Shown here piece after piece: positions 1 through 12,458 of a DNA stretch of 64,000 nt (positions are counted from its first letter, which is position 1; every line of letters begins with the position of its first letter). The notes below the pieces were generated by a model, which was not told the origin of the DNA, did no database searches, and saw only the letters and a program-made list of their open reading frames with translations. A program made the position numbers and the translations under genes. The stretch is from Haliotis cracherodii (Eukaryota). The DNA lies in contig NW_027266265.1 of NCBI RefSeq assembly GCF_022045235.1, positions 56,978,001 through 57,042,000 of the forward strand, read 5' to 3'.

Positions 1-1051
1 TATCAGTCGTAATAGGTTTACCATTTGCATCTTTTTCTCCATCTGGTTGTGAAACTATCAGGACGTAGCTCACCTCACCATCCTTGCCGACTTCAGAAGG
101 AACAATGGTGACAGTCTGGAATGAGTTACCAGCATTGAAGATGACTGAATTGTCCGTAGCACCTTCAGCTGCACCGATAACTTGAAGAGTCTCATCCATT
201 CCGTCCCCAGCCTGCACAGCTACAAGCTGCGGCTGAGAGCTGTCCGCGGAGTTCTGGAGGGCCACCAGCTGGGCATTATGCATCTCACTCTGACTAACTG
301 GAACTGCCTGAAGATGATTCACAGCATTGGAGGTATTAGCTGCAATTGAAGCCAAGACTGCAACTGGATCGGTTCCATCGATAACATCCGGTTGTTCAAT
401 GCCTTCAACGCTATGAGGAGTTAGTTCTTTAGGTACCTCGGTGAGTTCGGTACCCTGTGGGATCTCTTCACTGACAAACTGCATCTGGCCATCAGCCCCC
501 ATGGATACAATCCTTATGATGTTCCCTGATGATGAAGGATTCATCAAACTCTGAACCATGGAAGAACTGATCTCCTGTGTAGAAATTGAGCCATCCAACC
601 CACCAATAATTTGTGTTCCATCTCCTGTTAAATCTGCTATGTAAGTCTGGTACTGGGAATTGATGGCATCTGCTTCAGATTTTTCCACACCGACCAGAGC
701 AGATGCATCATCTGGCACCTGCTCAGCCCCTGTCAATGGGGCCGAGACTATCCCCTGAATAAGTTGAACTGCAGTTCCCTCTAGATTACCATCAATGATA
801 CCCTGCTCCTTGTAGAATCCACCAACAGCCTGTGCTTGAGAAGTTGTGGGGTCAGCTCCTGCAAGAGCAGCACCACCATCTTGTATGACCACTTGACCCT
901 TGTTAGGCACAGTGGATATTTGTATGGGGCGTATGTGTTGAGTCCCTGGAGTCTGTTCTCCCTCAATTTCCTTGTTAAAAGTCACCAGATAGTTTTGAAG
1001 GTCATTTAAGTTCTGGCCAGAGGCTGGAGTTACCCCAGCCACCTGGTCCAT
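1..1051 (-). CDS. CTCF: CTCF (CCCTC-binding factor), N-terminal coding exon; ORF continues beyond the window edge
   Basis: Open frame from ATG at 1051 to base 2 (350 codons): MDQVAGVTPASGQNLNDLQNYLVTFNKEIEGEQ...SYVLIVSQPDGEKDANGKPITTD. DLQNYLVTFNKEIEG matches the protostome CTCF N-terminal motif (Drosophila DLQTFLNNFHKEIEG, from memory). Acceptor ttttatttgcag lies upstream, with the exon starting at 1085. The zinc fingers are outside the window. Confidence 0.8.
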   Translation of the reverse strand, partial: MDQVAGVTPASGQNLNDLQNYLVTFNKEIEGEQTPGTQHIRPIQISTVPNKGQVVIQDGGAALAGADPTTSQAQAVGGFYKEQGIIDGNLEGTAVQLIQGIVSAPLTGAEQVPDDASALVGVEKSEADAINSQYQTYIADLTGDGTQIIGGLDGSISTQEISSSMVQSLMNPSSSGNIIRIVSMGADGQMQFVSEEIPQGTELTEVPKELTPHSVEGIEQPDVIDGTDPVAVLASIAANTSNAVNHLQAVPVSQSEMHNAQLVALQNSADSSQPQLVAVQAGDGMDETLQVIGAAEGATDNSVIFNAGNSFQTVTIVPSEVGKDGEVSYVLIVSQPDGEKDANGKPITTD

Positions 1052-2769
1052 GGCTCCACTGGCTTACCTGGCTCCACTAGCTTACCTGCAAATAAAAGAT
1101 ACAACTTAGAAATCTACTCAGAAAATTGATAAACAGTGAAATGACAATATCAACACAGTTGGTATTCACAAGTAGTAAATACAAATTTTAAATTCAGTCC
1201 TAACTGGGCCACCTGCTTTCTCACAGTCTTCATCTGCACAATCCAGATGGATTCGGTTATATCTAGAAGGAAGTGACAAAAAAAGAAAATACTTTTTGAG
1301 TGGCATAAGTTTTCTTTGACTGGTTCTTCAAAACCTATTCATATTAACATGTTTAGCCATGCACATACGGTGACAATCTGAAAAGGGCATTATTCTATCA
1401 TACTAATGAACTGTTATAGATTTGTTCCAGATAAAGTAAGTTTGGCATCTATTTCTTAACTTGGTTTTGACAAGTTCACTGGATCTTTCTGTACATGGCC
1501 AAATTGCCAGCACTAAAAAAAATAATTCAACTCACTGCAATGAAGTTGGCTGGTTCAGGTACGACTTGTAAATTGTGGTTTGTGTTTATCACCATTCACT
1601 ATTTATCTTGTACAAGTTCTTTTGACAAGTGTTACATTCAATGAAGTAATGAGTGTGATGGTTCTTTGACAACCCTACGTAGATCACAAAATGTAGACAA
1701 TTTCAGTACTCTGATAATGTGGATAAAGAGTTAAAATATCAAAATACTAATGGATACATGATCCAGAAGGAAACAGCAAAGGCAGTAGCTCAGCATGTGT
1801 TTGAATTAAATGTTAAACAGTTTCCTAGTTATGCTCCGGACCTGAATGCTAAAAGTATTTGAGTCATGGTCCAGTTTGTTGTCATGGAAACACCAAAAAT
1901 ACTTTTTGTAGAAACACCAAGCCATCAAAAGGCATCAGTACTGCATGTTTGATACATATGCAAAGTTTCATCATACAATTTTAAATGGTTTCCAAGTTAT
2001 GCTCTGGAAACAAAATGTGACAGGCGGACAGCCAGACAGCAGCCATTCCTATATCCCACTCCCACTTTCTGGCAGGGGATAATAAAAGGTTTGACTACAA
2101 AACACACCGAAAAGGGAAACATGGCAGAGGTTAAAGATGTGAAGTGAAATGGGGTGTAACTTCCTTTCAAGCTTATTGCACGCCTTTAGCATTCATGCAT
2201 GTGTGTGTGTGTGGCAGTTTGTAAATTAGTCCGGACAAATGTCAATTTTCTAGTGCTAGCCAATGGAGTTTAACATGAAGATCCCACTCAGGCACAGTAT
2301 ACAGGGTGACAAGAAGTAACATCTTTAAACGTCTTTTGGTATGACGCGGCAGGGGATTGAAACCCAATACCTTCCGCTATCCAGGCAGATACTCTACCTC
2401 TAGACCATGGCGGAGGTCCCAGAGGTTGAAAAGATTTACCACCTTTTCATAAAGCATCCTGGGAAATCATCCTTAATAGTGTATCTCCATTTTAATAAAA
2501 TAAATATTCTGTACAAAATCACCATGACAGCTTCAGTTGAAGACCAGTTCAAATGACACGACTCTAAACATGCTACCATTGGGCAGTGTGTCAAGGACTA
2601 TAGGACTAGTGACAATTTCTAACTCTGACAACTAGAATGTATGTATCATAATAAATAATATCAATGTTGTGATACTCAGAAAAACATCTTATAAGCCCAA
2701 TTCATTTATTACAGTCTTCTGATTTCATTAAATGTATCTGTCTCAGAGACTGGTTCAGGCTTATAACAG

Positions 2770-2926
2770 CTAGGGTTAGAAACTAACAGTTTTTGTCCAC
2801 TAGTCCTTATAACGATAACACAAAGCAAAACCTTTAAAAAGGGCAAATTTTTAATAGTCCTTCCGATACCTTTACCATTGGGCAGTTTGGCAAGGACTAT
2901 AGGACTAGAGCCAATTTCTGACGCTG
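2770..2926. mobile_element. MITE of about 156 bp (TIR cagcgttagaaa)
   Basis: Near-identical copies at 4581-4736 and 41712-41868, and a partial copy at 2570-2627. Confidence 0.75.
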
Positions 2927-3684
2927 GGCTATATATGATTACAGGTATAACATAACGGATAATCGAGGTTGAGAAATCATAAGATCTGCGAGTGAGTGAG
3001 CGTGTATGGCTAGGGCATCTACAAGATAAAAGATGTGACTTGCCCGTCTCTTTCATGTGCACTTGTCCATGTACAAAAGTTTAATCTATAATTCAAGCCA
3101 AATGTTTCTATAATCCTGTGTAATTGATTGTATAGATTCTATGACATATCCGATATTTTGAGAAGACATCAAAAGATAATCCCTATCTGAAATTCCCATA
3201 GATCTAGTAGATATTGAAAGTGTAGAATGGTTCAACTTACTCTACAACTACACATCAGTTAAAGGTTTTAATGGATTTTATTGGTTTTATTTTTTCATAG
3301 CTTGGGCTCAACATTTATTTCAGATAAAAAACATTAATGGGGACACTTATCATATCATCTTAACATTTACTTTATAATTAGAACCTTATGCCACATTTTT
3401 ATCATCCATATCCCTTTTGTTTTAACTTGACTGTCAGGATAGAGTGAGCTGCTGGTCTAAGTACGCGAACATATATTCAACATTTGATTCTCTGTATTTG
3501 ATGCTTGTTTACATTGTAAGTGGCTGGCGAGTGTCCTTGAGAATGGACTTTCGTTTCCCATAACATATTAAGAGAATGTTTCTCCTTTAATTGTAGATTG
3601 TATCACTGATGTGTGTTTCCCTGGCTTCTATCAAGAGTTTAGGGTAGTGAAGAAAGATTTGGCCGCTAGGAGGATACAAGGGTG

Positions 3685-4200
3685 ACACTCAGCGCCCCCA
3701 CCGCCATGCCAGCGCCCTCTGCGAAAACACCGACCCAGGAGCAGACAGCAGGTCGTGCGCGAATAATAATAGTTTCTTTTGTAACACCGTGGATTTAATT
3801 CCCACCACAATGATTTTATATTGTTCATAGATTGAATCTGTATCCTTTTGATAAGAACTTTGAGCTTTCGTCCGAACCTGGGAACTAAATATTGCCTTGA
3901 ATGTGTTCTTCGTCTTTTTCATTCAAAATGGCGGACACATTTACATCCGCAGTGAGAAAACGACACCGTTCCCATTCTAGTAAACTTATACGTTATTCGT
4001 GACTACATTTCAGATTTTTGTACATTTATTAGATGCAGTCTGATCACAAATTAACTAGATTTCGTTGTATTTGCGGGTAACCACGTCAGTATGGGCTTAC
4101 CTTTGGTAACAAAATTTGACACTGGAGGGCGTTGTATGCTTGTCGACATGAAGCAAAGTAGCTTCGCGCATGCGCATTTAACGCAGCATGGTCGGTGCGT
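3685..4200 (-). promoter_or_regulatory. Putative promoter/5' region of CTCF
   Basis: CpG-enriched patch with a YY1-like CAAAATGGCGG (3924-3934), CRE-like CCACGTCA (4081-4088), NRF1-like GCGCATGCGCA (4166-4176) and two CTCF-like motifs (3690-3725). Candidate minus-strand donor AGA|GTAAGT near 3240. Confidence 0.55.
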
Positions 4201-4950
4201 GTTTTTTGCCGCTGGCTCTCTAATGAAATGCATATTACTCACGAGGAAATACACTGCATGTTTTTGCTACAAACGAGGAAGTGCAGTTGGGTCGTTAATC
4301 CGATGGTAGCTGTTCAATAGCTTTGTTACGTCATCATCATGATTTACTTGTGAACTTTAATTGGTATGACTTAAATCGAATGCAATAAATTGTATGGGGC
4401 CAGAATCTGTTTTTATTTCATCGTATTGACCATTAATACACCATATCTTACTTAAATAGTACAACACCTACCTTCATGATATATCACATATCGCAAAAGA
4501 AGTTCTTGACGGTTTCTGGTACCATCAATTATTCATTGCGCAGAAAATTCGATGGATTTCAGCAGACCACATCTATTTTGCAGGGTTAGAAACTAACAGT
4601 TTTTGTCCACTAGTCCTTGTAATGATAACATAGAGCAAAACCCTTAAAATTTGACAATTTCTACAACTCCTTAGGATACCTTTACCATTGGGCAGTTTGG
4701 TGAGGACTACAGGACTAGTGCCAATTTCCAACGCTGTTAAGTGGTCTCTGGATTTCAGTGATAAGCTGATTTTGAAAACATTCCTTCAGTGAAAAAATGT
4801 TTCAATAATTCACCGAGCTATGTTGCAGAATATATGATGGAGTAGACAACGCACGCAACATCTACATCAATTGATCGATTGAAAATGTTGTCTGGGAATA
4901 ACGCCGCCTCAGCATTACTCGACCCATATCATGCTGTGTTTCGGGTGATG

Positions 4951-4981
<31 letters not shown>

Positions 4982-6045
4982 GGTGTGTGGTTTGAATGTA
5001 TGTTGTCAAGTTGTAATTGTACGCATGTGGGAAGTTTAACCTGGGTCTTCGGTGGCGCACATACATACAGATATGTCGTTTATAAACATGAGATTACCAT
5101 ATATATTTCCTGCATACATATGTGCTGTGGTTGGTTGGTTGTTTTTTTAACGCCGCACACAGCAATATTCCAGCTATATGACGGCGGTCTGTAAATAATC
5201 TAGACTGGACCGGACAATCCAGTGATTATGTGGTGTGGTAGTTTAACCCCATTGTGACATACAAACGTAGACATAACACTACCTACACAAAATTCAGAAA
5301 TAAGGAGACTGATGTTTTGAATGTAGCTGTCGACCCATGTAAAGACGGCGGCATGGTATCTCAGTGGTCTAGAAATATAAAATCGACATTTGTCCGGACT
5401 AGAGCAAACAGCCACACACACCAAGAACCGATCCATCATGTGTGTTTGTTTGATTGTATTGTTTAACGCCGCATACCGCAATATTCCAGCTATATGACAG
5501 CGGTCTGTGTAAATAATCGAGTCTGGACCAGACAATCCAGTGATTGATATCACGAGCATCCATCCACGAAATTGGGATCGATGACATGCATCAACCATGT
5601 CAGCGAGCCTGACCACCCGATCCCGTTAGTCGCCTCTTACGACAAGCATAGTGGACTCAAAGGAATTTACTCTAGGAATTGTCTGACATAGGGCCCTTTA
5701 TGTGAGAATTTCAAATATTCCAGAGGTACACACACACTTGCCAATAAAGCACAAGGCACAATGTTAAAATGCCCCATTGTATTTGAAAATGTGGGCCTCA
5801 TTTCAAATTTAGCTACTAAAGGCACAAGGCCCCAGCCCAGAATTATCCCGACACATATTGGAATCGGGTGGCCAATTCTATCGCCTTTAGCGGGTCATCG
5901 TATCCCTATCGCGTGGAGGACGTGTTGCTCGTCTCCCTTGGGATCTCTGGTTCTGTTAGTTATGATTCGATTATTAAAGGTCACGTGAAGAAGCTGTGAA
6001 ATGTAGCATTAAACAGAGCATCAGAAACACACATGAGAAACTCAT

Positions 6046-6225
6046 GGGGCGGTGGGATAGCCTGTTGGTTAAGGCGTTGGCTCTTCACGTCGAAGGCCCG
6101 GGGTTCGGTTCCCCACATGGGTACAATATGTGAAGCCCATTTTCCGGTGTCCCCCGCCGTGATATTGCTGGAATATTGCTAAAAGCGACGTAAAACCATA
6201 CTCATTCATTCATTCATTCATTCAC
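6046..6225 (+). mobile_element. SINE family A copy
   Basis: ggggcggtgggatagcctgttggttaaggcg...ggttcggttccccacatgggtacaa...gctggaatattgctaaaagc with a (TCAT)n tail. Confidence 0.85.
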
Positions 6226-9200
6226 TGAACGATGGGTTTGACCTGGCTGTGTGGATAGAAGCTGTCAAACACAGTGCGACTATCTTCAGACAGCTGTGAA
6301 GTATAACAGAAACAGTCAGTATTCTTGCTGATTGCGGCGTAAGACATCATCATCATCCGTATAAGACAGCGGTACTCGTGAAGAGTCGGTTTAGAATCGG
6401 TCTTCAGCAACCCATGCTTATCGTAAGAGGCGACTAACGGGATCGGTTGGTGAAGCTTGCTGACTTGGTTTATGCATGTCATCGTATCACAATTGCGCAG
6501 ATCGATGATCATGATGTTAATCACTGGGTTGTCTGGCCCGGACTCGATTATTTACAGACCGCTGTCATATAGCTGGAATATCGCTGCGTGCGGCGTTAAA
6601 CAACACAAAATTATGACGGAGGCCTGTAAATTATCGAGACTGGACCAAACAATCCAGTGACTGGTGTTGTGAGCAAATATACAAAGCGAGCCTGCCCACC
6701 CGATCTTTTCAGTCGCATCTTGCGACCAGCATATTGTTGCTGGGGACCTTTTTCAACCCTGAAACCCGCGTCGTATGAAGCATGCTTTGTTATCCGTTAG
6801 ACAAAGTGCTTGACAACTGACAATGTATTACAAGGCCGAGATCATTATGTGTCCATTTGAGTTTGTTGGTCAATCCTTGTGGAAAATGTATCACTTTTTC
6901 TTGAAAATAAATAAAAGATGAACCCTTACCGCCCTCCCCACTTTTGAGAAAATGTGAACCAGAAACATTCAATTTTGTTCATGCAGCCCAACAGACGTAC
7001 AGGAATCCGATGATCGTTGGTTCGAATTCCAGTTTCGTCCTGATTATGATTCTTGGTTTGTCCGCGCCAAACATGCGGGTGCTGATGAGTGCCACTAAAA
7101 TGGTAATCGTGTAAGACCTGCATCTCTTCAGGCTTTCCTCCTACATGAAGTTCACACACTGGGAAATAGCTGAAATGATGTTAAGATGTGAGTGTGTGCA
7201 TGTGTGTGAGCGTGCGTGTGCACAAGCGCAGTGGGGACACCAGGCAGGTGAAGTTGGCTGGTCACATGGAAGATCCGGGTTCGATTCTTAACATGCATAG
7301 TTCAATGTTGACATGAAACCTCTGGTTACTTTGCATCAACATGCATAAACCAAGGCAGCAAGCTGACCACTTACCACATAACAAGCATAGTCGTCTGTTA
7401 CAGCAAGCTTAGTTTGCTGAAAACCTATTCTCAACCCAGATCTTCAGGGGTCTGATACAGTCACATTTATTAACAAGCCTTCAGTGCCAATTTCAAGATT
7501 GACCGATCCCTGAAGATCCCGGGTCTTCAGCAACCCACGCTTGCCGTAAGAGGCGACTAATCTAATGGGATCAGATAATCAGTCTCCCTGACTTGATGCA
7601 AGTCATCCTGTCCCAATTGTGTGGATTGATGTTCATGATGTCAATCACTGGATTGTCTTGTCCAGATTATTTACAGACCCCCGTCATATAGCTGGAACAT
7701 TGCTGAGTGCAGCGTTAAACAACAAACAAATAAAGATTGACCTGCCTTGCTTGCATACATGTTTGCTATAATACAACAATGAACACCACCATGACAAGCC
7801 TTTACCACTAGAATATGTACACCACACAAAGAACACATAACTGACAATATTCAATTTTTGACACTTTTTATTAAGAATTTATCTTAACACATAAGGATAT
7901 TATTAACTCATTTGGGCCTGGTACAGCTGTGTCAGTGTTGTACAGTTTACACAACAGGTTCAGAATACTCTTCACATGTTGCAATCTGTCAAGGACTCTC
8001 ATGACAAATTTCTAAAATCACATATTTCATTAAGTAATCCAACATTCTATTATTATTTCAACAGAACACCTTAAAGTCATCATGTATCTGAGAATAATCT
8101 CTAAATCAGAATACTTTCCAATTTTACAGTCCCTGTACTTTGAAGTCAATCTAATGTCAAATATGTCCACTGTGGACGTCTACCCTCCCTACACTGGTCC
8201 GAGATTAAATCAAGAGAAATCAAGACAATTATGATGCAATACCAACTAATTCTCCAGAAATGTACTTGTTTCAGCAGTAGTTCCATCAGTGAGTCAGTGA
8301 CTTAGTGAGTGAGTGGTGTTTAAAGCTACAGTCAGCAATTTCTCAGCTATATGGTGGCCTATATTCAAGTCTGGACCAGACAAACCCTCAAATAATACTA
8401 CAAGCAACTTCCCACATTGTCAGGGGATGATGAGAGAGAGATGGGTTTAATCCACTTTTAGCAATATTCCAGCAATATCATGGCGGGGAGCACCAGAAAT
8501 AGGCTTCCCACATTGTACCCATGTGGGGAATCGAACCTGGGCCTACGGTGTGATGAGTGCATGCTTTAATCACAAGGCTACCCCACCCCACACACCAGGA
8601 CACACGAATAGATAGACCCAGGCAAATTCCTGGGACAGTGAACTCATACATTTATCATTTCTGAAACTTACACCAAACAGAGGTACATGTCCTGTATCCA
8701 AACGTAACTAAAATGAATAAAATGCAAAATTCAAATCTGTTATGAAAAACTTTCTCGCACAGAACAAAACACTTCCTTCCCCTTGACCTATTTGTCCTAG
8801 TGTTACATTCTCATCAAAGTTACCATGGAGCTCAACAAATCTGACAAATACAGAACATGTTTTTCTAACTGATTCAATGTCTAGTCCAAAACAATTTCAG
8901 TTTACACAGACTCCACTGTATATTTAACAAGACCTGACTCTGAAAGACATCTAGAAGTGGCTAAAAAACAAGGGATCATGGACAACATCTTGCCTTGTGG
9001 ATAGGCACACCGAGTTTCAAGGTGTGTAAGAACACGTACCACTTTATGGATAACAACTTCTGGTTATTGCATATATTGACATTTTGATGTTGATTCTTAG
9101 ACCAATATGAAGCTGGAGTAACAGGTAAGATTTTACATCAAAACGTTGCTTTATGCATTAAACCAGAAGTTGTTATCCATGAAGTTGTACGTTTTCTTAC

Positions 9201-10099
9201 TAACGCACCACCTTCTAGAATGCCAATTAAACAGTTATTTCAAGGTGTGGGTTTACTCAGTCACCTGTTGAAAGAGACATTACATAATCTCAATTAATTA
9301 TTTCTAATTCACCAGTCAGGGAGGCCACAACTGAATACATTTCTCACAAATATTGGCAAATATTGGTTCAGTTTGTCTCTGTCTTAGGATACTGTAAGAC
9401 TGAATGCACAGTGGGACCATACACCTAGCACATGATATGCTGTGAGTAGGAACACATTGTAAACAAGTCTACCTATCTCACATGACCGCACCAGAGTGAG
9501 CAGGAATATATTCCATTTCTTGCACTATTCCAGACCAATGACAGTAGTACCAGGCTAACCACTTCAGTCATGTGGGGAAAACCAGACTGTGGTCTGTCTG
9601 TTGTTTAGCACCACACTCAGGAATGTTCCCACTATATGACAGGGGCCTGTAAATAATCGAGTCTGGACCAGACAGCAAATAATGCAGTTCAACCATGCTT
9701 AAAAGTCCAGTTCTAACATCTAAATAATAACTACATCATTGCATAACAGTTCAGGACATTGAGTCTGCTGCAATAACCCTTATACCGAAGGAATTATCAG
9801 CCGTGCCATCAGCACGGACCTATATACAAGTCCGTGGTATCAGTGTCCATAGCTGTGTAGCATATACTACTCAAAGAAAGTTAGGGACCAGACCATTCTT
9901 TCATATTACTGTAGCATCCCGGGGGTTAATCTGCCATGCCATCAGAGATTAACTACAGTATTGGGACAGAATTTGGTGGTCCTTAACATTTTTTGAGTGG
10001 TACCTGATGCTTCAGCAGTTCTCACTCAACACATCCTCATCTCCCTTTCCAGCCCCTTGGTAAGACTTTACGACTACATTCAAGGTCACTGCCCAAGCC

Positions 10100-11070
10100 T
10101 TATCCTCTACTTGACATGCCTTATCTCATACTTATCCAATACCTGACAAGCCTTATCTCAAATTTGACAAGCCTTACTTCATATTTGACAAACCTTACGT
10201 CATACTTGACATGCCTTACCTCATACTTGACATGCCTTATCTCATACTTGACATGCCTTATCTCATACTTAACATGCCTTATCTCATACTTGACATGCCT
10301 TATCTCATACTTGACATGCCTTATCTCATACTTGACATGCCTTATCTCATACTTGACATGTCTTCTCATATTTGACAAACCTTATCTCATACTTGACATG
10401 CCTTATCTCATACTTGACAAACCTTACCTCATACTTGACATGCCTTACCTCATACTTGACATGCCTTATCTCATACTTGACATGCCTTATCTCATACTTG
10501 ACAAACCTTATCTCATACTTGACATGCTTTATCTCATACTTGACAAACCTTACCTCATACTTGACATGCCTTACCTCATACTTGACATGCCTTATCTCAT
10601 ACTTGACATGCCTTATCTCATACTTGACATGCCTTATCTCATACTTGACAAGCCTTAACTCATACTTGACATGCCTTACCTCATACTTGACATGCCTTAC
10701 CTCAAACTTGACAAGCCTTATCTCATACTTGACAAGCCTTATCTCATACTTGACATGCCTTATCTCATACTTGACAAGCCTTATCTCATACTTGACATGC
10801 TTTATCTCATACTTGACATGCCTTATCTCATACTTGACAAGCCTTATCTCATACTTGACATGCCTTATCTCATACTTGACATGCCTTATCTCATACTTCA
10901 CATGCCTTATCTCATACTTCACATGCCTTATCTCATACTTCACATGCCTTATCTCATACTTCACATGCCTTATCTCATACTTGACAAGCCTTATCTCATA
11001 CTTCACATGCCTTATCTCATACTTGACAAGCTTTATCTCATACTTGACATGTCTCATCCTATACTTAACA
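10100..11070. repeat. 21-bp minisatellite (ccttatctcatacttgacatg)n, about 45 copies
   Basis: Directly visible tandem array. Confidence 0.97.
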
Positions 11071-12113
11071 AGTGTTTTGACTTTTCTGGTGTGTAGCAAA
11101 TCTTTACCAACAGAATTTAAAGAACAGCATTCACAATATGACAATGTTGGGTGAAACTGATGAATTGAGACTAGTCACCAATTCAGCTGGAAGATAGCAT
11201 AAACACCCCACCCCACCACCCATCCACCCATCCCACCACCCACCTTGAAAACCAAATGTAGTAGGTTGTAGGCAGTACAACTGACTGAAAGAGGTTTCTG
11301 ATATTTTGGACCCCTCCCTCTAAACATGCTGGATCCACCCTGGGATGATTACAATGTTGTTGAAAACACACCAGCAAGAGTTTGGTGTAGACAGACCAAG
11401 GATTACAAGGATTTGTACCCACAACCATGAGATAAAACATTGCCAAGGGAAGCAACTCTGCACAGGGTGATGCAGAACCTTAGACCACTGGGCCACCTGT
11501 GTCCCTCAACATCTGATACACTGTGACTATCTTTCACGCTCATTTGGGAATGTTAACATTAATAATCTAGAAGAGGTTCCTTCAGGCAAATAATGACTCC
11601 ACATTCGAGCATTATCATCATCACCACTTGGAACTGTCTTTGCCCTACTGAAAATACAATGAAAAAACCTTTCAACCACATACAAGAAAATCTGAAAGCA
11701 AGTTATTTGTTGAGAAACATGAAACAATGGTTAATAATCATGTCGTAACTTGTTCTCAACAAGTCTTTCTTACCCAAACAATTGAAGAATGATTGATGGA
11801 ACAGTCATTACTTTTATGCAAATACTAAACATAATGTTCATTAAGACATACAAATGTACAGCATTGTAAAATCGTGAGTCTGACACGACACACAACGTAC
11901 CAGTTTTCTAACAAAACAATGCAGATGGTCACAGGACAGATAATTTCACAGACAAGGAAAGGACCATGACAAGAATTCCCAGAAACATTTCTAACCTTGA
12001 CATACTAACAGACATTTGCATCAGTATCATACAAGACTAGTTAGCACTTGGTAGGGACATGGAAATATCTCACTGTTACAGGACTCAAAGCACTCAGGCC
12101 ATAATACATTAAA

Positions 12114-12458
12114 TGTGACCCACCAGGACAAAAGGGACCCTATCGGTGCTAAGATACGATTATGCTGTGACGACAACTTACTTCAGTGAGGATCACCATG
12201 TGTATGGACTGTAAAAAAATATCTTATTTTTCTCTCGTTAGTTCGTAATGTAATAAAAACATTATTTCAAAATATTTCAGCAAACATGTCCACTTTCAAT
12301 TCATCAGACACGTCTAAGAACAGTAGTTATCACATAAACAGTTATTATTTGGAAAAGGAGTTCAAATGTTTGATGTCATGTACCGTAGTTTCAAAATATT
12401 ATGAAAAGTCAAAATTTGATTTTTTACCCATGAGTCCCTTATCTCCTGGTGGGTCAAA
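12114..12458. mobile_element. MITE (TIR tgacccaccagga)
   Basis: tgacccaccaggacaaaagggac / gtcccttatctcctggtgggtca. Confidence 0.6.

Noticed and set aside
17-23. Splice donor ending the CTCF exon (G|GTAAAC)
   Set aside because: The frame stays open through it to the window edge, so I treated the exon as continuing. It cannot be excluded without flanking sequence.
6046-6120. tRNA gene
   Set aside because: This and similar copies are tRNA-like heads of dispersed SINEs with tails and TSDs, not intact cloverleaves.
10116-11154. Long ORFs on both strands (up to 265 aa)
   Set aside because: By-products of a 21-bp tandem repeat lacking stops in several frames.
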